Shown here: positions 1 through 9,365 of the stretch, piece after piece
Position numbering within the stretch: position 1 is the stretch's first letter
How the letters are laid out: every line of letters starts with the position of its first letter
Source: a virus
Taxonomy: Duplodnaviria > Caudoviricetes
Strand: one strand, 5' to 3'
DNA length: 58,911 bases
Virus record (IMG/VR): IMGVR_UViG_3300036853_000162
Coordinates: 1 to 58,911 of that record
Made by a program: the position numbers and the translations under genes
Notes under the pieces: generated by a model
Database searches by the model: none
What the model was told of the DNA's origin: nothing
What the model saw: the letters and a program-made list of their open reading frames with translations, nothing else

Positions 1-259
1 CAGCATCTCCGACCTGATGGGCTGCACCGTAGAGGCGCTGGCCAATGATACGTTTCATGCGCCCCTGTATCAGAGCGAGCCGCAGCAACGTCTGGCGGCG
101 TCGTATTGCCGCAAGTGCCAGGAGGTCGTGCTCGAGATCGGCGTGTTCTGCACGGACTGCTTTGCAGTGGTGATGGAGCAAGAGCGAGAATACGACTTCG
201 GGACGACGTGGTATGGGCGCGAATGGGCGATAAGCCTGCGTGAGTGGGAGCAGCGGAAG
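1..259 (+). repeat. Terminal direct repeat, left copy (circular overlap)
   Basis: nt 1-259 match 58653-58911 except T here vs C there at positions 23, 126, 129 and 132. Confidence 0.95.
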
Positions 260-350
260 GCAGGGGCAGGGAAGCCTGAGCAGATTGAGGCGGAATGGCA
301 GGATGTAGTGGCGATGATTGCCGGGCATGTGGAAGATGCGGGGGTGAGTT

Positions 351-632
351 ATGCGGCAGATTAGCACCAATCAGACCCTCGGCCGCCTGCTCCGGGAGGC
401 GTTTGATGCCGAGCAGATCCAACACTTCCTCGAAACCGTCTATAACTTCCCGGAGTATGGGGCTTGCCCGCTCTGTGGGACTGAAGACATCCCTGTGGAC
501 TCGCGGGGCAACCCACTGCCTGAAAATGCAACCCCGGAAGAGGGGAATAACGCGAGTTGGCGCGAGCAGCACGATGAGGATTGTCTGGTGACGTGGCTCT
601 CTCAGCAGGCAGAGGGTGAGGTGGCGAAATGA
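351..632 (+). CDS. Hypothetical protein, possible Zn-binding (CPLC...HDEDC)
   Basis: Overlaps both neighbours in operon fashion; the HxxDC motif is also present in 32714..32935. Confidence 0.6.
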   Translation: MRQISTNQTLGRLLREAFDAEQIQHFLETVYNFPEYGACPLCGTEDIPVDSRGNPLPENATPEEGNNASWREQHDEDCLVTWLSQQAEGEVAK

Positions 633-1132
633 CCACATTCTACGGCTTCGACCAACTCGTGTACCTCCGCCGTGACACGAGCCAGTATGGGCGCATCGGG
701 GGCGCGTACGATGTGGAGAGCGGAAAGCAACTCGTATTCTGGGAGCACCCAGGAGCGGATATCGTCACGAGCGAGCTGGTGGCGGATCTCATGGGCGAGG
801 TGGAGTATCACGAGCGGCGGGTGCTGTTCATTCACGCCATGCGGCAGCCTGAGATGAAGATGGTGCGGATGGCACTGTGGGCGATGCGGGATCATGGCGT
901 GGATTGGCGCGGGATCAAGGAGTGTCAGATCGTTCAGTGGGGGATTGTGAATGATTGCTGGGCGCTGCTCACGGACAAGTGGCAGGCATGGACGCTGTTG
1001 GCTGGTGCTGCCAACATCACACCGAATTGGTTCCAGGTCATGTGTGTGGGCGGAGATCGTCGGACCTGCACATGCGAATGGTGCCGTGATGAGCGGCGCA
1101 TGGGTCTTGTCGAGGGGGTGAGCCATGAATAA
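629..1132 (+). CDS. Hypothetical protein with C-terminal CTCEWC
   Basis: GAGG RBS and ATGA overlap with the upstream stop. Confidence 0.65.
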   Translation: MTTFYGFDQLVYLRRDTSQYGRIGGAYDVESGKQLVFWEHPGADIVTSELVADLMGEVEYHERRVLFIHAMRQPEMKMVRMALWAMRDHGVDWRGIKECQIVQWGIVNDCWALLTDKWQAWTLLAGAANITPNWFQVMCVGGDRRTCTCEWCRDERRMGLVEGVSHE

Positions 1133-1406
1133 GCCATTCACTGAACTGCCAGCGCCCAAACGCACGCACCGGCTGGCCCTCGTGGCGATGTGGAACCCGA
1201 TTGAGACGGGCGATCTGCGGTGCGAGCGTGTCGGCTGCTCAGAACCCTACCTGACCGACGAGATCACCGAATGCCCGTGTTGTGGCCGGTGGATGTGCAT
1301 GGCGTGCTTCGCCCCGTTTGCTCCGCTCTGCGCTGAGTGCGGCAAACTGAGCGGGTACGAGCGGGATGCCATTGTGGAGCTGCGGGCGAAGTTAGCCCAA
1401 TCCTGA
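1125..1406 (+). CDS. Cys-rich Zn-finger hypothetical protein
   Basis: Multiple CxxC motifs; coupled to the upstream gene. Confidence 0.6.
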   Translation: MNKPFTELPAPKRTHRLALVAMWNPIETGDLRCERVGCSEPYLTDEITECPCCGRWMCMACFAPFAPLCAECGKLSGYERDAIVELRAKLAQS

Positions 1407-1492
1407 TTTATCTGGCCAGGGCGGGAGTTCTGCCCTGGCACCTGACATGATCGCCGGAGTATTCCGGCTTGACGATATATGAGGTAACGCCC

Positions 1493-2446
1493 ATGACTAC
1501 GATGATCTGGGGAGAATTGTTTGGCGGCGGAGGCGGTGTCGGCACTGGCCTCGCCATGGCAGGGGCACATGCGTCCTGGTCAATCGAGATTGACCAGGAC
1601 GCAGCCCGGACCTATCAGCGCAATCACCCTGAGACCCACGTGATCCACGCCGATGTCCGCGATGTTGATCCTAAAAGCCTGCCACCCGTTCAAGGGATTT
1701 GGCTTTCTCCTGTGTGCAAGCAAGACAGCAAGGCCCGCCTTAGCGGATTGCCACCACGAGAAGATGCATCGATCGGCCTGGCCGCCATCCCGTTCATTGA
1801 GCACCTGAAACCAGAGCTGGTTATCCTGGAGAATGTAGCCCGGTATCAGGACAACCCCGCCTACAAGGAGATCTTCAGGGTGCTGGTGAAGATGGGGTAT
1901 GCCATTGAGGTGCGCGTGCTCAACGCGGCTGATTATGGCGTGCCGCAATTCCGCGAGCGCCTTATCCTACAGGCCCGGCGCGGACCGATCGCGTGGCCCG
2001 ACAAGGAGCCAAAGCACGGGTGGTACGCCGCGATGGAGGATCTTATCCCGTCCATGCAGAGGATCGAGCTTGCTCTCTGGCAAAAGAAGCTGTGGGAGCC
2101 GCGTTACAACGAGATGATCCCCCTGATGGTACATGGCCATTATCACTATAAGCACAAAGCGAGCGATGCTCGAATGCTCGATATCCTCCCGGCAAACGCG
2201 CCTGGCCGGGCTGTGACCACAAGCCACAATGTCTTACAGCGCTACATTGTCCTGCCTGACCGTGTACTCAAGCCGAGCATCCAGGCTATTGCCCGCCTGC
2301 AAACGTTCCCCGATAGCTATGAATGGCCAGAGATTGCGTCGAGGGCTGTCAATGTGATTGGGAACGCCGTCCCCTGCGCCCTGGTACAGCGGCTGGTGGC
2401 ACCATACGTGGCCGTTGAGGCAGAGAGGGCGGTGTGCCATGTTTGA
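1493..2446 (+). CDS. DNA (cytosine-5) methyltransferase
   Basis: ELFGGGGG (motif I), SPVCK (variant of catalytic PC), ENV, GVPQxRER, ARLQTFPD, IGNAVP. Confidence 0.92.
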   Translation: MTTMIWGELFGGGGGVGTGLAMAGAHASWSIEIDQDAARTYQRNHPETHVIHADVRDVDPKSLPPVQGIWLSPVCKQDSKARLSGLPPREDASIGLAAIPFIEHLKPELVILENVARYQDNPAYKEIFRVLVKMGYAIEVRVLNAADYGVPQFRERLILQARRGPIAWPDKEPKHGWYAAMEDLIPSMQRIELALWQKKLWEPRYNEMIPLMVHGHYHYKHKASDARMLDILPANAPGRAVTTSHNVLQRYIVLPDRVLKPSIQAIARLQTFPDSYEWPEIASRAVNVIGNAVPCALVQRLVAPYVAVEAERAVCHV

Positions 2447-3689
2447 TGGATTCCCAACACCGACGAAAAACTTCTTCTCGATGCCTAACAACATTACGGA
2501 CATCATCGCAGAGATCACCAACATGGCGGAGCTCAAGGTGATTATCTACGTCATCCGGCATACGTGGGGCTTTCACGAGTTCGGCAAGCCGAAGGCCATC
2601 AGCGTCGATGAGTTCATGAACGGACGCAGGCGCGATCATGGCAAGTCCCGTATGGACAATGGCACCGGGATGAGCAATCACAGCGTGATCGATGGACTCA
2701 AGAAAGCCGTTGAGCATGGGTACCTCCTCTGCGAGATCGACACCTCGGATATGGCCCGCGTGAAGAAGTCCTATTCCTTAAAGATGGCGGGTGAACAAGT
2801 TGCACCCAGTGAAGATGCTTCACCCCCTGCAAATGTTTCACCGGGTGAAGAAAGTACATCCAGCAGTGAAGCATCTTCACCCAGCTATGAAGAATCTGCA
2901 CATCCGGGTGAAGAACCTGCATACCGATCAGAGAAAGACACTAGTAGAAAGACACTTCAGAAAGACACTGTAGAAAGACAGAGGGACGTATCGGGCGAAA
3001 TTGTCGAACCCGCAGCCTCTGACGCTACCGCGTCACCCGCGCCTCTCTCTTCTCAGGATGTTGCTTATAGCCTGGATGCCCCACAAGCACAGGAAGAACA
3101 GGGTGAGCCAGGGCGGGCGCATGACTATACGCAACCTGAAGATGCGCCGTCCGAAGAGAAGCCTGCCGAGAAGCCGAAGAAGCGCACGCGCACCCCGAAA
3201 GCGCCGAAAGTGGACCCTGCGACGCTCCAACTCTACCGGGATGTTTTCGATGATTGCCGCCGGGAGGCGCTCGCGGATGAAAGTGAGGGGTACGCCCATA
3301 CCGGGGCCAGCGACAAAGAGATCGAGACGTTGCTTGAGGCGAATCGGTCACGTCCTGGCTTCGTGACCCCTCAGCGTCTGCACAAGGTGTATGTTCGCCT
3401 GTGGAACCTCCCACGCGACGAACGCACAGGGTATTACTGGCGTGAGCATATGTCCATCAGGGCCATCTGCCACAACTACGAGGCGCAGCTCACGATCCTC
3501 AAGGTTGAGGCGCAAACGAAGCAGCAGCAGGCGCAAACGACTGAGGCGGATATGAAACGGCAGGTTGCCGAGCGTGTCGCATCGGGCGAGTTGCTCGGTG
3601 GGCGGTATCAGATCAGGTCTGGCGCTGGCCAGCCGCCCATTCACTACATGACTGCCGACGACCGTGCGGCGATTTTCGGAGGAAAGTAA
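2439..3689 (+). CDS. Phage replication initiator (lambda O-like, N-terminal wHTH)
   Basis: AELKVIIYVIRHTWGF N-terminus, low-complexity repeat centre, directly upstream of DnaB. Confidence 0.8.
   Translation: MFDGFPTPTKNFFSMPNNITDIIAEITNMAELKVIIYVIRHTWGFHEFGKPKAISVDEFMNGRRRDHGKSRMDNGTGMSNHSVIDGLKKAVEHGYLLCEIDTSDMARVKKSYSLKMAGEQVAPSEDASPPANVSPGEESTSSSEASSPSYEESAHPGEEPAYRSEKDTSRKTLQKDTVERQRDVSGEIVEPAASDATASPAPLSSQDVAYSLDAPQAQEEQGEPGRAHDYTQPEDAPSEEKPAEKPKKRTRTPKAPKVDPATLQLYRDVFDDCRREALADESEGYAHTGASDKEIETLLEANRSRPGFVTPQRLHKVYVRLWNLPRDERTGYYWREHMSIRAICHNYEAQLTILKVEAQTKQQQAQTTEADMKRQVAERVASGELLGGRYQIRSGAGQPPIHYMTADDRAAIFGGK
2790..2925. repeat. Putative replication-origin iterons within the initiator gene
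   Basis: About 7 degenerate 18-21 bp repeats of GTGAAGA..(T/G)CAC/CAT, some palindromic (GTGAAGATGCTTCAC, GTGAAGCATCTTCAC). Confidence 0.55.
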
Positions 3690-3690
3690 C

Positions 3691-5151
3691 ATGGCTATCG
3701 AGAAAACATTGCCCCATAGCATTGACACCGAACAGTACCTGATTGGGAGCATTCTGTACGACCCCGCATCAGTTGCAGAAGTGGCCGGGATGATCCAACC
3801 GGAAGATTTCTACCGCGATGCTCACCGGACCATTTTTGAGGGCATTCTCGCAATCGATGCGGATCATCAGCCGGTTGATACTCCGGTTCTGTCGGCGTGG
3901 CTGGAAGAGCGCGGCAAACTCGAAGAGATTGGGGGGAGCTTTTATCTGGGTAGTCTTGTGCGCCGGGTTCTCGACGAGTATCTCAATCCGATGCCTGCTG
4001 ACTATGCGCGGATTGTCGTGAACCTCTCGCGAAAGCGCAAGCTGACCCGCATCGCTGGCGAGATTGCGCAACTGGCCATGGATGAGAAAGACAGCGATGC
4101 GGCTATCGCACAAGCAGAGGCGCTCCTGCGTGCCCTGGCACTCGGCAAACGAAGCGGGTACGCCGAGGACATCACCTCAATCACTGAGGAGTATCTCAGC
4201 CGCCTGGAGCGCCTTCAGAAACAGCGCAAACAAGGTCTGGTGGTTGGTGTACCGACGGGATTCGCGGATCTGGATCGGATGACCGGGGGATTGCAGAAAT
4301 CCGATCTGATCACCCTGGCAGCTCGCCCTGGACGCGGCAAAACCGCTCTGGCGCTGACGATTGCCCGCCAGGTAATGCACTTCTGTGGGGAGCTCGGCTA
4401 TCGTACGCTGCTCTTTAGTCTGGAGATGAGCAAGTGGCAACTTGCGCAGCGCCTGCTGTCCCAGGAGAGTGGTGTCAACCAGTCGCAGTTGCGGATGGCG
4501 TGGCTGGAGCAAGACGAGTGGGATGAGGTCGTCCATGCGCAGGATCGGCTCCCCGCTGACCGCCTCTGGGTGGACGATGAGCCAGGGCTGACCGTTGAAG
4601 CGGTGCGCAGCCGGGCTAGACAACACCAAAGCAAGCATGGCCTGGATTTCGTGATTGTGGACTACATGCAGTTGATGACGGCACGGAAAGACGATGGGAG
4701 TGACTATAAAAGCCGCGTGGAGGAAGTCGATCACATCAGCCGCCAGTTGAAGGGGCTGGCACGCGAGCTGGATATCCCGGTCCTGGCATTGGCGCAATTA
4801 TCGCGCGCGGTTGAGCAGCGCGCAGAGAAGATGCCCCAACTTTCGGATTTGCGCGAGAGCGGCGGCATCGAGCAGAACAGCGATATCGTGATGTTTCTCT
4901 ACGAGAATCCAACAGCCGTCCCTAACTACCAGGGGCGCGTCATCGATCTGGTCATTGCGAAGCACCGCAATGGCCCCGAGGGCACCGTACCGCTCTTCTT
5001 CCGCCCGCACCTGACGCGTTTCGAGTCGGTGGATGTCACGATCGCTGAGGAGCCGCCTATGCCACCGAAGCCAGCGCCAACGAGGACCGTACCCGCGCGA
5101 GCAGCGTCCCGCGGCCAACGAGCCTGGAATAGCGACAAGGAGGAAGCATGA
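3691..5151 (+). CDS. dnaB: Replicative DNA helicase
   Basis: LPHS..E N-terminus, GVPTGF.DLD, ARPGRGKT, FSLEM, VDYMQL, LAQLSR, LSDLRESGGIEQ, AKHRNGP. Confidence 0.97.
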   Translation: MAIEKTLPHSIDTEQYLIGSILYDPASVAEVAGMIQPEDFYRDAHRTIFEGILAIDADHQPVDTPVLSAWLEERGKLEEIGGSFYLGSLVRRVLDEYLNPMPADYARIVVNLSRKRKLTRIAGEIAQLAMDEKDSDAAIAQAEALLRALALGKRSGYAEDITSITEEYLSRLERLQKQRKQGLVVGVPTGFADLDRMTGGLQKSDLITLAARPGRGKTALALTIARQVMHFCGELGYRTLLFSLEMSKWQLAQRLLSQESGVNQSQLRMAWLEQDEWDEVVHAQDRLPADRLWVDDEPGLTVEAVRSRARQHQSKHGLDFVIVDYMQLMTARKDDGSDYKSRVEEVDHISRQLKGLARELDIPVLALAQLSRAVEQRAEKMPQLSDLRESGGIEQNSDIVMFLYENPTAVPNYQGRVIDLVIAKHRNGPEGTVPLFFRPHLTRFESVDVTIAEEPPMPPKPAPTRTVPARAASRGQRAWNSDKEEA

Positions 5152-5462
5152 ACCAGCCATCTCAAGACCGACGCCTGAGCATCGATGAGCGTGTCGATCA
5201 GGTTCTTCAAGCGTATGCGCCATTGCAGGAAGCAGCTATGGCGGACTCACGGATCACTTTTCTGCTGAAGACGGCGGCTGGGCAGGAGCGGGGTGATATC
5301 CGGTGGCGTCTCTACGAGCACATGAAGCAGGTCGGGGTCAATCTCGTTGGATTGGGTTCGCCTGCACAGTATGAGGCGTTTTGCAAAGCGCTTGATGACC
5401 TGTTGCCACTTCCGCCGTCCGACCTAGACCGGGCGCATGTCCGGAGAGAGTATGAGGATTAG
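5148..5462 (+). CDS. Hypothetical protein
   Basis: AGGAGG RBS and ATGA overlap with dnaB. Confidence 0.65.
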   Translation: MNQPSQDRRLSIDERVDQVLQAYAPLQEAAMADSRITFLLKTAAGQERGDIRWRLYEHMKQVGVNLVGLGSPAQYEAFCKALDDLLPLPPSDLDRAHVRREYED

Positions 5463-5471
5463 GAAAAAATC

Positions 5472-5732
5472 ATGACAACGATAGCACCCACGCATAGCCC
5501 GATCATCGATCGTATGCGCAAAATCCATGAGCGTATGCAGGTTGAACGCCGCTCCGGGATCTCGCCCTCAAACAAGACGCTCTTCCTGGCTACGTGCCGG
5601 GATCTGGAACTGAGCGAGATCGCATCTTCATGGAAAGCAGAGGAGGAGTCCACCGATCGCGACGAGCTCTGCTGGGAACCCTTTGATAACTGGAATAATG
5701 GACCAGCATTGCTGGTAAATCGAGAAAGATAG
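5472..5732 (+). CDS. Hypothetical protein
   Basis: AGGA RBS; fills the operon gap. Confidence 0.55.
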   Translation: MTTIAPTHSPIIDRMRKIHERMQVERRSGISPSNKTLFLATCRDLELSEIASSWKAEEESTDRDELCWEPFDNWNNGPALLVNRER

Positions 5733-5738
5733 GGCACC

Positions 5739-6086
5739 ATGTTAAAAATGACCGAACCGCTGGTGCGGACGGAGCCATTCCCGCCCCCGCTGGCCGAGGA
5801 AGAGGCGAAGAAACAGGCTCGCCTGCTCAAGGCTCTGGCTGATCCGACACGCCTGCGTATTCTGAGCCTGCTTAGCCGATACGAGGGGGAAGCGTGTGTT
5901 TTCGAGATTGTCGAGAGCTTCACCCTGGAGCAGCCGACCATATCGCATCACCTGCGTATTTTGCGCGATGCGGGCTTGGTAGACTGCCGAAAAAAAGGCC
6001 TGTGGGTCTACTACTACGTGTGCGGAGATGCTCTCCGCCAGGCTTGCCGGGAATTGGCCGCAGTCGTGGATGGCAGCGATGGATGA
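5739..6086 (+). CDS. ArsR/SmtB-family transcriptional regulator
   Basis: KALADPTRLRIL...EACVFEI...QPTISHHLRILRDAGLV...GLWVYY. Confidence 0.92.
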   Translation: MLKMTEPLVRTEPFPPPLAEEEAKKQARLLKALADPTRLRILSLLSRYEGEACVFEIVESFTLEQPTISHHLRILRDAGLVDCRKKGLWVYYYVCGDALRQACRELAAVVDGSDG

Positions 6087-6444
6087 TGATATGGGTTGGT
6101 TCTGGGCGCTCATGGTGATGATCTCGATTGTCGTCCTGATCCTGGTTGGTTGCGCCATCGTGAGCTGGCGACGGGAGCGAGCGGCCCCGGTGGACACGGA
6201 GCCGGATCAACGACACGATCACGCCGCCAGTCTCATGGAGCAGTCTCCGGTGACGATAGCGCAGATTCAGCAGCAACTGACTGATGTGATAGCGCAAATC
6301 GACCGGCGAGCCGCCGAGCAGAACGGGGAGAAGCCGCTGATCCCTGCTGAGAGGGCGCGGTTGGAGGCATGGATGGCCACACACCGCCTGACGAGCGAGG
6401 ATTGGGCAAGTTACGACGACAGCCAGGACCACCGCTTCTGGTGA
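6079..6444 (+). CDS. Single-TM membrane protein
   Basis: Hydrophobic WFWALMVMISIVVLILVGCAIV; overlaps the ArsR stop. Confidence 0.6.
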   Translation: MDDDMGWFWALMVMISIVVLILVGCAIVSWRRERAAPVDTEPDQRHDHAASLMEQSPVTIAQIQQQLTDVIAQIDRRAAEQNGEKPLIPAERARLEAWMATHRLTSEDWASYDDSQDHRFW

Positions 6445-6505
6445 GAGGAGGCAAGAGGAGAGATGAGCCATTTTGATCATATATTTCGGAGGAAGGAGAA
6501 CTATT

Positions 6506-6994
6506 TTGAACGATGACGAGATTGATAAATTGCTGGCAACCATTTCGGCTATGCAAGAATTTCAGTCTGAATTGGAGAAGGTGCCAGTGGAGCAACAAAT
6601 CCGGGATCTGCTTGGGCGGGAGTCCGGCGCGGCGTGGTATGGCTGCCAGATCGCATCCTACGAGCTTCCTGATGGGCAGGTCGCGCATAACGCGTTCATG
6701 ATGACCGGGCGCGGTCTGGCGCTGCAAGTGGTCCATGAGGCCAGCGATGGGTCCCTGGTGCGTGTACAGCCGCTGGTCCCGGTGGGTGCGCTTGAGTCGG
6801 CTCCTGATGGCTCAATGGCTGCCATTCAGGAGCCGTACAGCGATGGAAACTCGTGCCTGGACAAGATTCTGCCAGCCCTGAAATCCGTCGCGAAGATCAT
6901 CGAGCAATCTGACCAGGTCAAGCCACGGCGGAAAACGCTGCTGTTGCGTCAGATTGCGCACGCTGTCAGGCATCTGACAGATATGTTGCCGTAA
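6506..6994 (+). CDS. Hypothetical protein
   Basis: AAGGAG RBS before TTG at 6506. Confidence 0.65.
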   Translation: MNDDEIDKLLATISAMQEFQSELEKVPVEQQIRDLLGRESGAAWYGCQIASYELPDGQVAHNAFMMTGRGLALQVVHEASDGSLVRVQPLVPVGALESAPDGSMAAIQEPYSDGNSCLDKILPALKSVAKIIEQSDQVKPRRKTLLLRQIAHAVRHLTDMLP

Positions 6995-7024
6995 CAATCA
7001 CCAGTCGAATGAGAGGAGAAAGCA

Positions 7025-7741
7025 ATGTGGCCATTCGATTTACTCAGTCGCAAGGAGGAAAAAAAACGTAAGGATGCACAAAACAGCGGCCAATTTCGCG
7101 TGATTCACCAACGCGAGACGCCAATCTACGCCCCCGCGCCCGAGGTGCGCCTGCTCGGTCCTCGTCAGCGGGCGTGGCTCCGCGAGTTGGGTATCTCGCT
7201 TCCCGTGGCTGCTTATGCATCGGTTCCGCATGCGCAGGCTCTGCGATTGGCGTCTGCGCCAATCCCTGATATCTCGGATCGCAATAACGCCAGGAAACTC
7301 TCGCCTGATGATCTCCTCCCGGAGATGGGACGGAAGAGTGAGACTGGCGCGGGGGCGGTTGTGGCTCCGATAGTCGAAGAGGATTATCGAAATTTGGCCT
7401 ACGAGAATGAGCCAACCTGGAAAAGTCAAAAGACGCTGGAGCGGGAAGAGCGGGATGCGTTGACGCTTTCTGGAAACCTGCTCACGATTGGCGGCCTCGG
7501 GCCTCCTCGCGAGGACTTCCCTGGATGGCTCAACGACGAGCCGATCAAACAGGCCGACGAGGTGTACCATGCGTGCGTCTTGACGGATCAGGCGGCCATC
7601 GTGGAGTACTGGGAAGAGCCAGGGGCAACGAGCGCAGTGGAGCAACTCGCGAAGCTGGCAGAGGAGCCAATGAATGATGCAACCGTGGAGGTGCCTGCCA
7701 TCATCCGAAGCAGGCACCTCGTTACAGAAAGCGAGGACTAA
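7025..7741 (+). CDS. Hypothetical, largely disordered protein
   Basis: GAGGAG RBS; 238 aa. Confidence 0.7.
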   Translation: MWPFDLLSRKEEKKRKDAQNSGQFRVIHQRETPIYAPAPEVRLLGPRQRAWLRELGISLPVAAYASVPHAQALRLASAPIPDISDRNNARKLSPDDLLPEMGRKSETGAGAVVAPIVEEDYRNLAYENEPTWKSQKTLEREERDALTLSGNLLTIGGLGPPREDFPGWLNDEPIKQADEVYHACVLTDQAAIVEYWEEPGATSAVEQLAKLAEEPMNDATVEVPAIIRSRHLVTESED

Positions 7742-7742
7742 C

Positions 7743-8273
7743 ATGAAAACACAGCTTTCGCGCTTGTGGAACTGGCTGTTTCAGCGCCACAAGCGCGAAG
7801 CAGAGGCAGGCCCCGAGCCTGTTTTGATTGCCGCTCAGATGACCCCAATCCACCTGAGCGGCGAGGATCTTTTGGCTGTGCGGGATCTGCTGGCTCGCCG
7901 ACGGCTGGCTGAAGATATCGCGCTTCTTGATACCATGCCGCTGCCTGTGGTGGCCAAACACGATCCACACAAGACGCTCAAGCTGCCTGTGATTGCGGCG
8001 CCAGATGATGGTTTTCCACCGGCATCACACGAGCAATTTCACGGATCTGACACAGAACTCGTTCCCGCGTACGAGCCGTGGCCACACCTGGGTGATACAC
8101 GGTTCGCGGTTCCAGCGACGCCGATCGACCTGCCACGATTGCGGCTCCCGGCGCGTCATCCGCCGCACTTCCGTTTCGGCGAATCAGAGGCGGCTACGAC
8201 GGCTATGCGTGTGATCTTGCCATGGCGCAGACGGGATGCGAATGCCACCCGCGAGATGCCGGTAAAACGATAG
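7743..8273 (+). CDS. Hypothetical protein with repeated T-x-x-hydrophobic-P motifs
   Basis: GAGG RBS; DTMPLP, KTLKLP, DTELVP, ATREMP. Confidence 0.7.
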   Translation: MKTQLSRLWNWLFQRHKREAEAGPEPVLIAAQMTPIHLSGEDLLAVRDLLARRRLAEDIALLDTMPLPVVAKHDPHKTLKLPVIAAPDDGFPPASHEQFHGSDTELVPAYEPWPHLGDTRFAVPATPIDLPRLRLPARHPPHFRFGESEAATTAMRVILPWRRRDANATREMPVKR

Positions 8274-8322
8274 TAAGGAGGCGAGACAGGGCAAGGATGC
8301 CGTCCTCGTAAAGCAACAAAAA

Positions 8323-8414
8323 AGGAGTCTGGCGGGACTCCGAATTCGCAAAATCAGCCCGCCTATCCCCTAATCTTTCAACGGATGGGGGATCACTTTG
8401 AAAGGAAGACTCCT
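8323..8414 (+). promoter_or_regulatory. Structured 5' leader with alternative pairings next to the RBS
   Basis: AGGAGTCT 8323-30 pairs with AGACTCCT 8407-14 or with GACTCC 8336-41; also GGCGGG/CCCGCC, ATCCCC/GGGGAT and CTTTCAA/TTGAAAG. Confidence 0.55.
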
Positions 8415-9365
8415 ATGTGGAAATTCTTGGCAAATCTTTTGCTGGCCGGGCTCGCTATCGGCCTAACATTCTTCACGGGATCGCGAACGCTGGACCTGCT
8501 GGCCCAATGGCTCCCCGCCAATCAGCAAATCATGCAATACCTCGGGCTGGCCGCGTTTGAGGGAGGGCTCTACTTCTGGGCCCTTTTCTTCGTCACCGCT
8601 GCCAAAGGTGCGGCGCAGCGCGGCATCGCAGTGGGAATGATTGTGGTTTGCTTCATTGCGGTTGCAACCGCAACAGTGGCCGATTTGCTCCTAGTCGGGT
8701 CAGAGTCAGGCAAGCTTCCGAGCATTCAGGGTGAGCAAAAACAGGCCATCGTCGTCTTCGTCGGCATTGTCATCGTGCTCAACGTCGCTGCGTTCCTGGG
8801 CGCCAAACTCTCTCACCCCGACAAGCTCAAGGAAATAGCTATCCAGGATGCTGAGGACCACATCAGCGATATGGAACTGAAGCTCATTAGGCGGCTGGCT
8901 CCTGGCGTCGCTACTCAGATGGCTCCCCTCAAGGCAGAGCAGTGGGTCAATGAGACGTGGGAGCGTATGTTCCCCGGAAGCGAGCAAGCACGTACGATCG
9001 AGGGCAGCATACAGCGTGCCTCTCTCTCATCATCCGCCACTGCGTCTACGCCAACTCCTCCACCCACTCAGCCTAAAAAACGCTGGAATCCATTTAGTCG
9101 CCAGCCAGAGAACGCAGCATCCGCTCCTGTGCAGCAGTCACCAGATCTAAATACGATTTTCCAGGCTTTTCAGGCATGGCAAGCGCAACAGATCTCAGGC
9201 CCGACTATGGCCCCCCGCGCATCGGCCACCGATGAGACGCTTCCGCCGCGCCCTGCCCCTGCTCCAACCACCGAGGACCTCAGCCCTTTGCCAGTGGCCC
9301 CGACCCAGATGGGCAACGGGGCGAGCCAGAATGGGCACCGTCGGAACCCGGACCAGATAGATTAA
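8415..9365 (+). CDS. Four-TM membrane protein with Pro/Ser/Gln-rich tail (short form, 316 aa)
   Basis: AAAGGA RBS and four hydrophobic segments in the first ~130 aa. Confidence 0.8.
   Translation: MWKFLANLLLAGLAIGLTFFTGSRTLDLLAQWLPANQQIMQYLGLAAFEGGLYFWALFFVTAAKGAAQRGIAVGMIVVCFIAVATATVADLLLVGSESGKLPSIQGEQKQAIVVFVGIVIVLNVAAFLGAKLSHPDKLKEIAIQDAEDHISDMELKLIRRLAPGVATQMAPLKAEQWVNETWERMFPGSEQARTIEGSIQRASLSSSATASTPTPPPTQPKKRWNPFSRQPENAASAPVQQSPDLNTIFQAFQAWQAQQISGPTMAPRASATDETLPPRPAPAPTTEDLSPLPVAPTQMGNGASQNGHRRNPDQID

Noticed and set aside
1-259. Diversity-generating retroelement TR/VR pair
   Set aside because: No reverse transcriptase motif in any ORF; the two copies are the contig ends and are explained by circular overlap
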